DNA of 37,674 nt, from assembly GCA_040755995.1 (NCBI GenBank), contig JBFMAF010000014.1, positions 1 through 37,674 of the forward strand. The letters run 5' to 3'. The stretch comes from Acidobacteriota bacterium (lineage in GTDB: Bacteria > Acidobacteriota > CAIWXX01). The position numbers and the translations under genes are program-made. Every line of letters begins with the position of its first letter. Position 1 is the first letter of the stretch. Below the pieces are notes generated by a model. That model saw only the letters and a program-made list of their open reading frames with translations. It ran no database searches and was not told the DNA's origin. Of this stretch, positions 8,872 to 18,504 are shown one piece after another.

Positions 8872-10479
8872 TCACTGGACGTATCCAAGTGCCTCCAAGC
8901 CATCTGCCTGCCGGTCCAGGCCCCTCCGTTCATCCCGGGTGTTTCTTTCGAATACCTGCTCCGCCTTCCGACTCAGCTCCAGCAAAGATCGATAAACATC
9001 CGGTGCATTTCGGCTGGCAACCATCTGTGAGTACTCGTCCATCTTCCGGTAAGACTCCGACAGCGCCAGATTGTAGAATTCCGTCGTGACCGTTCCGTCA
9101 AGTTCCCTCTGCCGAATGCACTGATAGGGCCAGCTGACGATGGACAACTTGTCGGTTACTGCGGACGGTCGAAACGCATATGTACGAACCGGTCTCGCTC
9201 TTTCCACGCCGTACCGTATCGACTCCATCAGACTCTCCCTCCCACTGAAGCCAGGGTCGTCGATTCCGAGCGACTCCAGCACAGTTGGCGCGATCGCGAT
9301 TGCTGATACCGGCCACTTGATCCGCGCCGGCTCGACGCGAGGCAGCCTCAGGATCAACGGAACCCATACCATCTGCTGGTTCAGGTATCTCACATGCCCG
9401 AAGTACCGTTCCCTTTCGCCCAGGCCCTCACCGTGATCGCCCGCAATTACGACAACGGTATCCTCCAGCAGGCCCTCTGTTTCGCACATCCTCAGCAGTC
9501 TGCCGACATGCCGGTCCATGTACTCCACCTCGAGCCGGTAGTAGTCAATAGCGGCCTTCCACGTGAGCGATGGAATGACTTGGAACAGTCTCAGGTATCC
9601 CGGTCTACTGCACTTGACGGCTATCTTCCCCTCAGGACCCCTGAGCCGGTATGAGCCCCCATCGGAATACTCAATATTCTGCATCGAGACGGCGCAGCCT
9701 TCGCTGAATTCCAGTTTGCTGAGCACGAAGAGCTCGAAGTCCTGTGTGGTGCTTTCGAGCTTGAAACACACCTCGTGAGTACCCGGGCTAAGAGGAATCT
9801 CCTTCCTCAAGACCGCTCCCTGGTAAGCATTGAACGTCACGATCGGAACCTGATCGAAGAAGATACGAAAATCAGCGCTGGCCGACGGAGGAGCATACGG
9901 ACTGTGAGGATCGGAGTAGTGAACAAACAGGAAGAACTTCTGTTCCTTCGCCCGACTGAGGACCTGCGCCGCTTCGTCCGTGATTCGATCAGCGGGAACC
10001 ATGTAGAAGGTCCCGTCCTTGAGTCGCTCCGAGTACCGATCGAATCCTCTCGAAATGCCGCTGCCGCTCGCGAGCGACTCCAGTGAGATTATTCCCGCCG
10101 TGCGATACCCCTTGTCCTTGAGCACCTCCTGCAGCATTCTAAATCGATGGTCGAATTTCTCTTGATTGGAAAGCACATTGCATTCATGCGGGAAGCGCGC
10201 AGTGAACATTGACAGATGGGAGGGCAGTGTTTGAGGGATCGTGCAATAGGCTCGCTCAAAAACGACCGCCGACTGGGCAAACCTCCTCAACTCAGGGGTG
10301 CATGCCCTGGCGCCCAATGCGCCTCCGCTGTCGACATAGTCGCTTCTCGTCGTGTCAAGGCTGATGAACAGAACATTGTAGTCCTTTGCTGCTTTGGAGC
10401 ACCCGGCGAGAACCACTGTCAATGAAATGAGGAACAGAAGCAGTAGCCGCTCAGCGCCAATCACGCTTCCGCGATTCAT
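8872..10479 (-). CDS. Sulfatase-like hydrolase/transferase (alkaline phosphatase superfamily), probable lipoprotein
   Basis: Lipobox-like VLAGC after a hydrophobic stretch, then NVLFISLDTTRSD, PQTLPSHLSMFTA, HYSDPHSPY, AGDHGEG, VPLILR and C-terminal LEALGYV. Confidence 0.85.
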   Translation of the reverse strand: MNRGSVIGAERLLLLFLISLTVVLAGCSKAAKDYNVLFISLDTTRSDYVDSGGALGARACTPELRRFAQSAVVFERAYCTIPQTLPSHLSMFTARFPHECNVLSNQEKFDHRFRMLQEVLKDKGYRTAGIISLESLASGSGISRGFDRYSERLKDGTFYMVPADRITDEAAQVLSRAKEQKFFLFVHYSDPHSPYAPPSASADFRIFFDQVPIVTFNAYQGAVLRKEIPLSPGTHEVCFKLESTTQDFELFVLSKLEFSEGCAVSMQNIEYSDGGSYRLRGPEGKIAVKCSRPGYLRLFQVIPSLTWKAAIDYYRLEVEYMDRHVGRLLRMCETEGLLEDTVVVIAGDHGEGLGERERYFGHVRYLNQQMVWVPLILRLPRVEPARIKWPVSAIAIAPTVLESLGIDDPGFSGRESLMESIRYGVERARPVRTYAFRPSAVTDKLSIVSWPYQCIRQRELDGTVTTEFYNLALSESYRKMDEYSQMVASRNAPDVYRSLLELSRKAEQVFERNTRDERRGLDRQADGLEALGYVQ

Positions 10480-10785
10480 GTCGCATATTCCGCGGCCGTA
10501 CCTGTGGCTGCCGGTGCCTTGATACAACGAGCATCGCCGTCGAGGCCCACCCGCCTTCGGCCTCACCGACGATCCTTCTTGTTCATTCCGCTCCTTTTGC
10601 TGCACGCTCGTGTCACAACCGCACAAGCGCGAGCCGGCCGGGAGCATTCTACTCCTGATCGAGAGCGAAGGCTCCATGGATATCGAGTGACGTACACAGC
10701 AAAGAGCGGTGCATAGGAGTCTTCGTCGGCCCGACGTGGCTGGCGCGCAGAATCGCTACCCCCAGGTCCTCTACGCGATTCGGCT

Positions 10786-10816
10786 TTGACACGAGCGGCA
10801 CCCACTGAGATATGAT
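10786..10816 (+). promoter_or_regulatory. Possible sigma70 promoter for the oxidoreductase-rubrerythrin operon
   Basis: TTGACA (10786-10791) and TATGAT (10811-10816). The 19-bp spacing is longer than optimal. Confidence 0.35.
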
Positions 10817-10889
10817 GGCGACGTGGGACTGGCGGCGGGGCCTCTTCCCGTGCCAGAGCGCCGACGACCTGCTGAGACGGAGAACCACG

Positions 10890-12383
10890 ATGACGAAGCC
10901 GACCGCATGGAAATGCGAAGTGTGCGGGTACATTCACTTCGGCGACGCGCCGCCGGACCAGTGCCCAGTGTGCGGCGTCGGGCCGGAGATGTTCAGCCCG
11001 TTCGAGGCTGCGGCACCGTCGCCTCCCCCGGCGCTCGGCGCATCCTGGCGATGTACAGTCTGCGGCCACGTACACGTGGGAGAGCTTCCGCCGGAGACTT
11101 GCCCGGTCTGCGGAGCCGCGCGAAGCATGTTCGAGAGCTACCAGGCCGCGCAGGCGGCAACGGCCGATGCGGGAATCGAGCGCATCGTCGTCCTCGGCGC
11201 CGGCATTGCGGGCGTAACGGCCGCAGAGCAGGCCAGGGCCGTGTGCCCGGGCGTTTCCATTGCGCTTGTGGCCGGCGAGGCTGGACTTCCATACTACCGG
11301 ATCAACTTGACTCGATACCTTGCTTACGAGGTCAGCGAAGCCGCCCTTGTGCTCAAGCCGGAGACGTGGTTTGCGGAGCAGCGCATCGATCTGGTTCATG
11401 GTGAAGCGACTGTTATCGATCGCGAGCGTCGGGAGGTGCGGCTCCGCGACGAGCGCAGCTTCAAGTATGACCGGCTCGTCATCGCCACTGGCTCACACGC
11501 CTTCGTCCCGGCGATTCCCGGCGCGGTGCAGGAGGGTGTATTCACGCTGAGGAAGAAGGACGATGTACACACCCTGTGGGAGAAGGTGAAGCCCGGGAGC
11601 CGCTGTGTATGCGTAGGGGGCGGCCTTCTGGGGTTGGAGACTGCCGGGGCGCTGGCGCGCCGCGGAATCAAAGTCACTGTGCTGGAAGGATTCCCCTGGT
11701 TGCTTCCGCGACAGCTGGCCGAGCCGGCGGGCAGGATGCTTCAGGCTCACGTCGAAGCGACGGGCATAGAGGTGCGTTGTGGAGTCAAAGTTGAGGAGAT
11801 CCTGCGCGATGAGAGTGGGCTGCAGGTTCGTCTAGCGAGCGGCGAGTCGATCGCCGGACAGGCGGTGATCGTGGCGGCCGGGGTTCGCCCGAACAGTCAC
11901 CTGGCCCGCCAGGCGCGCATCGAAACAAGAGGCGGTATTCTCGTTGACGACCGGATGTTCACGAGCGACCCGGCGGTACTCGCGGCGGGAGACGTCGCCG
12001 AGCATCGGGGCGTGGTGTACGGCATCTGGCCTGCATCGTACGCGCAGGGGTTGGTCGCGGGCGCGAACGCCGCCGGCGGGAACCTCGAGTTCCCCGGCCT
12101 GGCTCCGTCGACCCGGCTGAAGGTGCTGAACGTGGATCTCTACAGCATCGGGCAACACCAGCCCACCGACGGAAGCTATCACGTGTTCGAGCGCCAGGAA
12201 GCGGGGCACTACTATCGGTTCGTCTGCCGTGATGGCCAGCTCGTGGGCGCGAACTTGTATGGAGACACAGGCCTGGCCGGCCTGGTCAAGGAGACCATCG
12301 AGCGCAGCACCCAGATTGCAGAATCGCAGGAGCTGCTTGCCAGGGTCCCCGGGCTGGGCGATTATTGCGGGAGAACTCACTAA
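10890..12383 (+). CDS. FAD-dependent NAD(P)H oxidoreductase with two N-terminal rubredoxin-like domains (NADH:rubredoxin oxidoreductase-like)
   Basis: WKCEVCGYIH...CPVCG and WRCTVCGHVH...CPVCG, followed by GAGIAG (FAD), ATGS, GGGLLGLE (NAD), AGVRPN and AAGDVAE. Confidence 0.9.
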   Translation: MTKPTAWKCEVCGYIHFGDAPPDQCPVCGVGPEMFSPFEAAAPSPPPALGASWRCTVCGHVHVGELPPETCPVCGAARSMFESYQAAQAATADAGIERIVVLGAGIAGVTAAEQARAVCPGVSIALVAGEAGLPYYRINLTRYLAYEVSEAALVLKPETWFAEQRIDLVHGEATVIDRERREVRLRDERSFKYDRLVIATGSHAFVPAIPGAVQEGVFTLRKKDDVHTLWEKVKPGSRCVCVGGGLLGLETAGALARRGIKVTVLEGFPWLLPRQLAEPAGRMLQAHVEATGIEVRCGVKVEEILRDESGLQVRLASGESIAGQAVIVAAGVRPNSHLARQARIETRGGILVDDRMFTSDPAVLAAGDVAEHRGVVYGIWPASYAQGLVAGANAAGGNLEFPGLAPSTRLKVLNVDLYSIGQHQPTDGSYHVFERQEAGHYYRFVCRDGQLVGANLYGDTGLAGLVKETIERSTQIAESQELLARVPGLGDYCGRTH

Positions 12384-12406
12384 TTAGTATTCAGCGAGGA
12401 GTAATC

Positions 12407-12982
12407 ATGCCGAGTATCAAGGGATCCCGAACGGAGAAGAACCTGCTGGCTGCATTTGCCGGCGAGTCGCAGGCCCGCAACCGGTACACCTATGCCGCCG
12501 GCGCGGCACGTAAGGAGGGTTATCTGCAGATCGCCGAGCTTTTCACCGAGACGGCGGAGAATGAGAAGGAGCACGCGAAGCGCTTCTTCAGCTTCCTCGA
12601 GGGTGGCCCGGCAGAGATCACAGCGACCTATCCGGCGGGCAAGATCGGGACTACCGCGGAGAACCTCGAGGCGGCAGCCGCCGGTGAACACGCGGAATGG
12701 ACCGATATATACCCGAGGTTTGCCGCGATCGCGAAGGAGGAAGGGTTCACGGAGGTTGCCGGCGCGTTCACTCTGATCGCCAGAGTCGAGAAGGAGCACG
12801 AGGCGAGATACCTGAAGCTGTTGGATAACGTGAGGACCGGCAAGGTGTTCAAGAGGGATCAGCCTGTGCGATGGATCTGCCAGAATTGCGGGTATGTTCA
12901 CGAAGGCGCCGAGGCCCCGGGGAAATGTCCCGCGTGCCTCCATCCGCGCGATTTCTTCCGGGTGAAGGCGGAGAACTACTGA
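12407..12982 (+). CDS. rbr: Rubrerythrin
   Basis: FAGESQARNRY, two ExxH di-iron motifs (EKEHAKRF, EKEHEARY), C-terminal CQNC...CPAC rubredoxin domain, GAGGAG RBS. Confidence 0.96.
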   Translation: MPSIKGSRTEKNLLAAFAGESQARNRYTYAAGAARKEGYLQIAELFTETAENEKEHAKRFFSFLEGGPAEITATYPAGKIGTTAENLEAAAAGEHAEWTDIYPRFAAIAKEEGFTEVAGAFTLIARVEKEHEARYLKLLDNVRTGKVFKRDQPVRWICQNCGYVHEGAEAPGKCPACLHPRDFFRVKAENY

Positions 12983-13175
12983 GCTTGGAACGCACCTATG
13001 GCGCGCGGACCCGCCGGAAACGCTGCGCGGCGGATTGAGTCGCGCGCGGAACGGCCGCGCGCGCGGGGGAGAGCGCGAGGGGCATAGCACCATGTCGACC
13101 ATCAGCAGGGAACGAAAGAGAAATAGAGGAGCGGGCGGGCCGGGCCTGCGCATCACTGAGACGGAGGCGCCTTCG

Positions 13176-14273
13176 ATGCGTCCACTCTGTGCACCGAACA
13201 TCGCGACGATGCAGCCGTATGTTCCGGGGATGCCGACCGAGGAGCTGGAGAGGGAGCTGGGTATCAGCGGAGCGATCAAGCTCGCTTCGAACGAAAACCC
13301 GGTGGGCCCATCGCCCAAGGCGGTCGCCGCAATGCAGCGAGCGCTCAAGGACGTCAACCTCTATCCCGAAGGCAGCTCCTACTACCTGCGGCAGGCTCTC
13401 GCGCGCAAGCACGGCGTCAGCATGGACGAGGTGATCTGCGGGTCGGGTACGTACGAGCTGCTCGAACTGTGCGCCCGCACCTTCTGCACGCCCGAGGATG
13501 AGGTGCTCTTCGTGAAGCCGTCGTTCGTCGCCTATCCGCTGGCGGCGCAGGAGCACGGGATACAGGCCACGCTGGTGCCGTTGGACTCCGAATACCGCTA
13601 CGACGTCGAGGCCATGTTAGGCGCCGCAACGCCGCGCACCAAGCTCTTGTTTCTTGCAAACCCGAACAACCCAACCGGGACCTACATGGGCCGTGCGGCG
13701 TTCGAACGCCTGCTGTACGGGCTGCCTCCCCAAGTGATCCTGGCAGTCGACGAGGCCTATTTCGAGTTCGTGACGGCCGATGACTACCCGGACTCGATGC
13801 AGTACCGGAAGGATCGCGACCGTCTGCTCACGTTTCGTACGTTTTCCAAGATATACGGTCTGGCGGGCGTCCGGGTCGGCTATGCAATTGGCACGCGGGA
13901 GATGGTCGGATTCATGCAGCGGGTCCGCCCGCCGTTCAACGTGACGTCGGTTGCGCAGGCGGGGGCACTGGCGGCGCTGGACGACATGGAGCATGTAAAG
14001 CGCACGCAGGAGGTCAATCGCGCTGGGATGGAGTATCTCACGCGCGAGCTCCCGCGCATCGGCGGCGTCCGCATCTACCCGTCGCAGGCGAACTTCGTGT
14101 TCGTGGATGTGGGGCGCCCGAGCCAGCCGGTGTACGAGGCGCTGCTTCGGAAAGGCGTCATCGTGCGTCCGATTGGCGGCCCGCGCCACTTCCGCGTGTC
14201 GATCGGGGTGCCCGACGAAAACGCCCGGTTCGTCCGGGCATTGAGCGAGGTTCTGGCCGAGACCGGCGCGTGA
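13176..14273 (+). CDS. hisC: Histidinol-phosphate aminotransferase
   Basis: YVPG, KLASNENP, NPNNPTG, VDEAY and RTFSKIYGLAGVRVG (PLP lysine). GGAGG RBS before ATG 13176. Confidence 0.93.
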   Translation: MRPLCAPNIATMQPYVPGMPTEELERELGISGAIKLASNENPVGPSPKAVAAMQRALKDVNLYPEGSSYYLRQALARKHGVSMDEVICGSGTYELLELCARTFCTPEDEVLFVKPSFVAYPLAAQEHGIQATLVPLDSEYRYDVEAMLGAATPRTKLLFLANPNNPTGTYMGRAAFERLLYGLPPQVILAVDEAYFEFVTADDYPDSMQYRKDRDRLLTFRTFSKIYGLAGVRVGYAIGTREMVGFMQRVRPPFNVTSVAQAGALAALDDMEHVKRTQEVNRAGMEYLTRELPRIGGVRIYPSQANFVFVDVGRPSQPVYEALLRKGVIVRPIGGPRHFRVSIGVPDENARFVRALSEVLAETGA

Positions 14274-14319
14274 CCCGCGCAAGGGCTGCTCAATCGCCGG
14301 CGCGAGGCGGCACGTGGTT

Positions 14320-16230
14320 TCAGCGCAAACCCATCGCTTTCCTGATCTCTCGTCCCAAGGTCTCGATGTCGAATGGTTTCTGGAGGAAAACCAGGCGGGC
14401 ATCTGAGGCCTCTTCTCGGAAAGCGGCGTCCTCCGTGTAGCCGGACATGATGATCACCTTCAGGCCGGGGCGCCGGGATGCCATCATTGCCGCGAGGCGC
14501 GGCCCGGAGACGCCCGGGAGCGCGACGTCGGTGAGGAGCAGGTCGAGACGGGTTTCGGCGGGCAACTCCAACGCCTTCTCGCCGCTTTCTACTGCCGTCA
14601 CCCGATAGCCGAGAACGGTGAGAATCTGTTTGAGGCTCTCCCGCACGCCGTCCTCGTCCTCGACCACCAGCACGTGCTCGCCGCGCGCAGTCGGAGAAAT
14701 TGTCGAGGCCCGCACTGCCGGTGCCTGTGCCCCCAGATCCGGACCTTCTACGAGCGGCAGGAACACACGGAAGAGACTCCCCTTGCCCAACTCACTCTCC
14801 ATTTCAACGCGGCCGCCGTGCGCCGTCACGATGCCGTGGACGACGGAGAGGCCGAGACCGGTGCCGCGGCCGACCGCCTTGGTAGTGAAGAACGGCTCGA
14901 ACGCCCGGGCCCTGGTCTCCTCGTCCATGCCGCTGCCGTTGTCGCGCACCTGCATCACCGCCTCGTGATACCTGCGCTCGGTCCGCACTTCGAGAACGCC
15001 TCCCTCGGGCATCGCGTCGCTGGCGTTGACTGCCAGGTTCATGATCACCTGCTCCAGCTGGGCCCGATCCGCATCGACCCTCAGCGTCACGTCCGCCGGG
15101 CTGATCACTAACCTGACGTTCTCGCGCAGGAGGAGCCGCACCAGGCGTACGGATTGGCGAATCACCTGATTGAGATCCAGGCGCTCGGTCTTTCGGATCT
15201 CGCGGCGGGCGAAGAGCAGGAGCTGGCGAGCGAGCGCAGCGCCTCGTTTCACGTGCTCCTGCAGGTCACCGACAACCTCGGAGAAGTGCGTCGGATCTTC
15301 GCGGCAGGTAGGAAGCAGTTGGCTGAGGCTCATCATGGCCTGGAGTACGTTGTTGAAGTCGTGGGCGACGCCGCCGGCGAGCCGGCCCACGGCTTCCATC
15401 TTCTGCATCTGCAGCACCTGTTCCTCGAACGCCTTCTGTGCAGTCAGGTCTTCGATGAAGCCTTCGTAGTAGCAGATGTTCCCGGTGCTGTCGTGGATCG
15501 CGCGCGCGCTTTCTCGAACGTGGATCTGGCTTCCGTCCCGCCGGGTCCAGCAGGACTCGAATCCGCGCACCACGCCATCGCGATCGAGCGCCGCCTTGAA
15601 CGCCTCCCTCGGGTAGCTCTGCTCGCGGGCCCATTCCTCCAGATTCATCCGCGCCAATTCCTCGTGGGAGGCGAAGCCGAGGAGTTGCTGAAGGGCGTGG
15701 TTCGACAGGAGGATACGGCCGTCGGGTGTCGTCCGGAATATGCCGACGACCGCGTCTTCGATGAAATTCCGGAAATGCTCCTCCGACTCCCGCAACGCGC
15801 TTTCAGTCTCCTTCTGCGCCGTTATCTCGACGAATGTCCCGACGACCTGCCGCGGCCCGCCCGGGTCGCCCGCGAGAAGCACGGCGTTGTCGAGGAACCA
15901 TCGATACGAATCGTCTGCGACACGCCAGCGATACTCCATTGTGATGCGCCCCGCCTGGGCGATTGAGGCGAACGCAGCACGCACGCGTTCGAGATCGTCC
16001 GTGTGCAGCCGCGAAGACCAGAAACCGGGCTCAGAAACGAATCGGCTCGCCGGGAATCCCGTCAACTCCTCCACATTCTCGCTGATCCACGAAGCGTCGA
16101 TCGGACTGGGGATAGAAGCAGTGTAGACGACTATGGGCAGCTGGACGAGGATGTCACCGATAGGCATCTCCGGCGCGGCGTGATCCCGGCTGTCCGTAGC
16201 GCCCGGCTGAGGACTGTCTTGAGCAAACAC
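14320..16230 (-). CDS. Cytoplasmic hybrid sensor histidine kinase (PAS-PAS-HisKA-HATPase-REC, CckA-like)
   Basis: Two PAS/PAC segments, H-box GVAHDFNN, N-box MNLAVNASDAM, DNGSGM, EPFFTTK, GTGLGL, and receiver VVEDE...LTDVALP...KPF. Start may be 16167. Confidence 0.93.
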   Translation of the reverse strand: MFAQDSPQPGATDSRDHAAPEMPIGDILVQLPIVVYTASIPSPIDASWISENVEELTGFPASRFVSEPGFWSSRLHTDDLERVRAAFASIAQAGRITMEYRWRVADDSYRWFLDNAVLLAGDPGGPRQVVGTFVEITAQKETESALRESEEHFRNFIEDAVVGIFRTTPDGRILLSNHALQQLLGFASHEELARMNLEEWAREQSYPREAFKAALDRDGVVRGFESCWTRRDGSQIHVRESARAIHDSTGNICYYEGFIEDLTAQKAFEEQVLQMQKMEAVGRLAGGVAHDFNNVLQAMMSLSQLLPTCREDPTHFSEVVGDLQEHVKRGAALARQLLLFARREIRKTERLDLNQVIRQSVRLVRLLLRENVRLVISPADVTLRVDADRAQLEQVIMNLAVNASDAMPEGGVLEVRTERRYHEAVMQVRDNGSGMDEETRARAFEPFFTTKAVGRGTGLGLSVVHGIVTAHGGRVEMESELGKGSLFRVFLPLVEGPDLGAQAPAVRASTISPTARGEHVLVVEDEDGVRESLKQILTVLGYRVTAVESGEKALELPAETRLDLLLTDVALPGVSGPRLAAMMASRRPGLKVIIMSGYTEDAAFREEASDARLVFLQKPFDIETLGREIRKAMGLR

Positions 16231-16487
16231 TCACTGAAATTTAGGGTCCGGAGTGACGGAAGTCAAGCGCCATCACACCCAAGACACCCAAGCGACCTGA
16301 CGGCCAGGAGGCTGCGTGGACGACCGGTGTAATTGCCGAGATCCGGCGGCGAAATGGAATCGCTCGCGCCCCGCACGACTACGACGATCTTCGATCACGA
16401 TCGCCACGGCGACTGCCTCCGCTCACGCTCGGATGCCGGCGCGATTCAAGTCGGGACTGCTGCCGAATCGGGCCTCGGGGCGAGGGC

Positions 16488-17750
16488 TCAGCGCGCGCGA
16501 ATGGCGTCGGCGCAGCGGATGCCGCTGGCCCAGGCGGCCGTGATGCCGCGGCTCGTGCCCGCTCCGTCCCCGATCATGTACACGCCATTCGTGACCTGGA
16601 AGCCGGGTCCGGTGAACCGCGGCCGGTTGGCGTAACACTTGATTTCGGGGTAGTACATGACGGTGGACGGGTGCAGCACACCGGGCACGATGGTGTCGAG
16701 CATCTTCATCGCCTTCCAGATGTCGGTCAGTATCTTCGCAGGTATGGCGAGCGATATGTCGCCGTGCGTGCAATCCAAGGTGGACTCGAAATCGTAGAGA
16801 TCGGAATCGAAGGTCTGCCGTTTGCTGCGCTTCCCCAATCGGAAGTCGCCGACGCGCTGCTTGATCGGCCTCCCGCCGCCGATCTCCATGGCGGCCTGGC
16901 CTAGAATCGTCGCGAACTTCTGGCCCGACGCGACGGGCTCGGTGAGCGTGATCGTGCGGAGCATTGCGAAGTTCACGAGGCCGTTCTCACCTCTTTCCCT
17001 GGAGTACGCGTGCCCGTTGACGCTCGTGAAGTGGTCGTACTTCTCCTGCACCACCTGCGCGTAACCGGAGTTGGCGCAGAAGGTGCGGACGCCGTTGGGG
17101 AAGATGAACTTGGGATCGTAGTAGTCCCGCACGATAGGGTAGTACTCGATTCTGGTCTCCAGGCGGATCCCGATATCCACCGTGTTGTCCGTGTAAGTGA
17201 TGTCGAGCTTGTCCATCAGCTCCTGGACGAATCGAAAGCCGGACCGCCCCGGAGCGATGATCACCGTCTCGTACCCGATCCTCTGCCCCCCGGCCTGAGC
17301 GCCGCAGATGACCTCTCGCGAGGCGTGGTCGACGTCGATCACCTCGGTCTCGAACAGGAAATCGACCCCACGTTCCTTGAGCGAGCTCACGAGGCCGTCG
17401 ATGAGATCCTTGGCCTTGTCCGTGCCTACATGGTGATGGTCGGTGTCCAGAAGCTCGACGCCGATCTTGCGCGCCCGGTCGCGGTAGACTGAGATGTTGC
17501 GCTTCTCTCGGAAACGCGGGTTCAAGCGGGCCCTGACTCTTTCGAGGTACGGCTCGGCGTCCTCCGGGCTCCAGAGCTCCACCGGGAAACCGACGGGATA
17601 TGTGTAGTTCTGCTTGCAGTCGTTGCGGAGTCCGCCCGATGAGTACCGGTGCCGCTCGATAACGGCCACCGTGCGATCTTCGCAGAGCTCGAATGCGGCT
17701 CCCAGTCCCGCCGGACCGGATCCGATGATCACGACGTCATACTGCTTCAT
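16488..17750 (-). CDS. FAD-dependent oxidoreductase (uncharacterised COG2509-like dehydrogenase)
   Basis: Rossmann YDVVIIGSGPAG, HVGTD, APGRSG, VDIGIRLE, VRTFC, VNGHAY, YYPEIK and IGDGAGTSRGI. Confidence 0.88.
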   Translation of the reverse strand: MKQYDVVIIGSGPAGLGAAFELCEDRTVAVIERHRYSSGGLRNDCKQNYTYPVGFPVELWSPEDAEPYLERVRARLNPRFREKRNISVYRDRARKIGVELLDTDHHHVGTDKAKDLIDGLVSSLKERGVDFLFETEVIDVDHASREVICGAQAGGQRIGYETVIIAPGRSGFRFVQELMDKLDITYTDNTVDIGIRLETRIEYYPIVRDYYDPKFIFPNGVRTFCANSGYAQVVQEKYDHFTSVNGHAYSRERGENGLVNFAMLRTITLTEPVASGQKFATILGQAAMEIGGGRPIKQRVGDFRLGKRSKRQTFDSDLYDFESTLDCTHGDISLAIPAKILTDIWKAMKMLDTIVPGVLHPSTVMYYPEIKCYANRPRFTGPGFQVTNGVYMIGDGAGTSRGITAAWASGIRCADAIRAR

Positions 17751-17853
17751 GCGTATCGCCTGGGCCTACGGGCTGCTCCCATTATAGCGCGACTCGCGCA
17801 GGCTTGGTGCCCGTTTCCACAACTGCGCCTGCTCCTGCCCGCGCATACCGCCC
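17620..17853. repeat. 234-bp direct repeat, copy 1 (first 131 bp of the FAD oxidoreductase CDS plus 103 bp upstream)
   Basis: Aligns without gaps to 18887-19120 (offset 1267). I counted 7 mismatches by eye. Confidence 0.97.
17781..17786 (-). promoter_or_regulatory. -10 element for the FAD oxidoreductase
   Basis: Exact TATAAT on the minus strand, 30 bp upstream of the ATG. Also kept in the second repeat copy (19048-19053). Confidence 0.55.
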
Positions 17854-17950
17854 TGACTTCCCTATTCCCCGCTTCCCTGTTGCAACGCATGGTAGGCTGT
17901 GCGGCAGGGCAGGGCGAACGATCTATTGCAGAATCACCGAGAAGTCGGGC

Positions 17951-18106
17951 ATGGAACAGATGGCGCACGGTCTGGATCCCCGCCCGTCGCTGAACTCGGC
18001 CGCAGTCCACTTCAAGAAGTGCATAGTCTTGAGCCCTGAATACGCGCCTGCCTATACGAACCTGTGTGGAGCACTGAGCAATCGGGCGGACTACGAGCTC
18101 GGTCAC
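17951..18106 (+). pseudogene. Internal fragment of a TPR-repeat protein
   Basis: EQMAHGLDPRPSLNSAAVHFKKCIVLSPEYAPAYTNLCGALSNRADYELGH fits a TPR pattern (A..F..C..L.P....AY.NL..AL). No credible full-length gene surrounds it. Confidence 0.55.
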
Positions 18107-18136
18107 AAGACTGATGATCGGGCGCCGAGGCGGGCG

Positions 18137-18145
18137 TGGTATAAT
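18137..18145 (+). promoter_or_regulatory. Extended -10 promoter for the DUF433-DUF5615 pair
   Basis: Exact TGnTATAAT (TGGTATAAT) 23 bp upstream of the GTG start, followed by an AAAGGG RBS-like sequence. Confidence 0.7.
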
Positions 18146-18168
18146 GTGAATTTGAAAGGGTTGTACCC

Positions 18169-18504
18169 GTGAGACTCGAAGACTACTTCGAATTCCTCGC
18201 TCCCGACGACATACGCCTCAAGGGAACCCGCGTCGGGATCGAATCAGTGCTCTACGACTATGTGTACCGGGAGCTGGCACCTGAGGCGATCGCACGACGT
18301 TATCCCTCGCTGACGCTCGAGATGGTTTACGCGACGATTCTCTACTATCTGCATCAGAGGGGGGCCGTCGAGCCGTACCTGCTGGCTTGGCTGGAGCACG
18401 GACAACAGGTACGGGAAGAGCAAGAGAGGAATCCGCCGCCGGTTGTGCTGAGGTTGAGGGCGTTGAAGACGCAACGGCAACCGGCGGCCGCAGGAACGCG
18501 GTGA
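18169..18504 (+). CDS. DUF433 family protein (putative antitoxin)
   Basis: DIRLKGTRVGIESVL...PEAIARRYPSLTLEMVYATILYYL is the DUF433 pattern. Its stop overlaps the next start (GTGA). Confidence 0.88.
   Translation: MRLEDYFEFLAPDDIRLKGTRVGIESVLYDYVYRELAPEAIARRYPSLTLEMVYATILYYLHQRGAVEPYLLAWLEHGQQVREEQERNPPPVVLRLRALKTQRQPAAAGTR

Noticed and set aside
16403..16414. 12-bp match GCCACGGCGACT to 18873-18884, near the repeat junction; also a 14-bp match between 6829-6842 and 23742-23755
   Set aside because: Matches this short are expected by chance in 37 kb of GC-rich sequence, so they are not evidence of an att site or target duplication.
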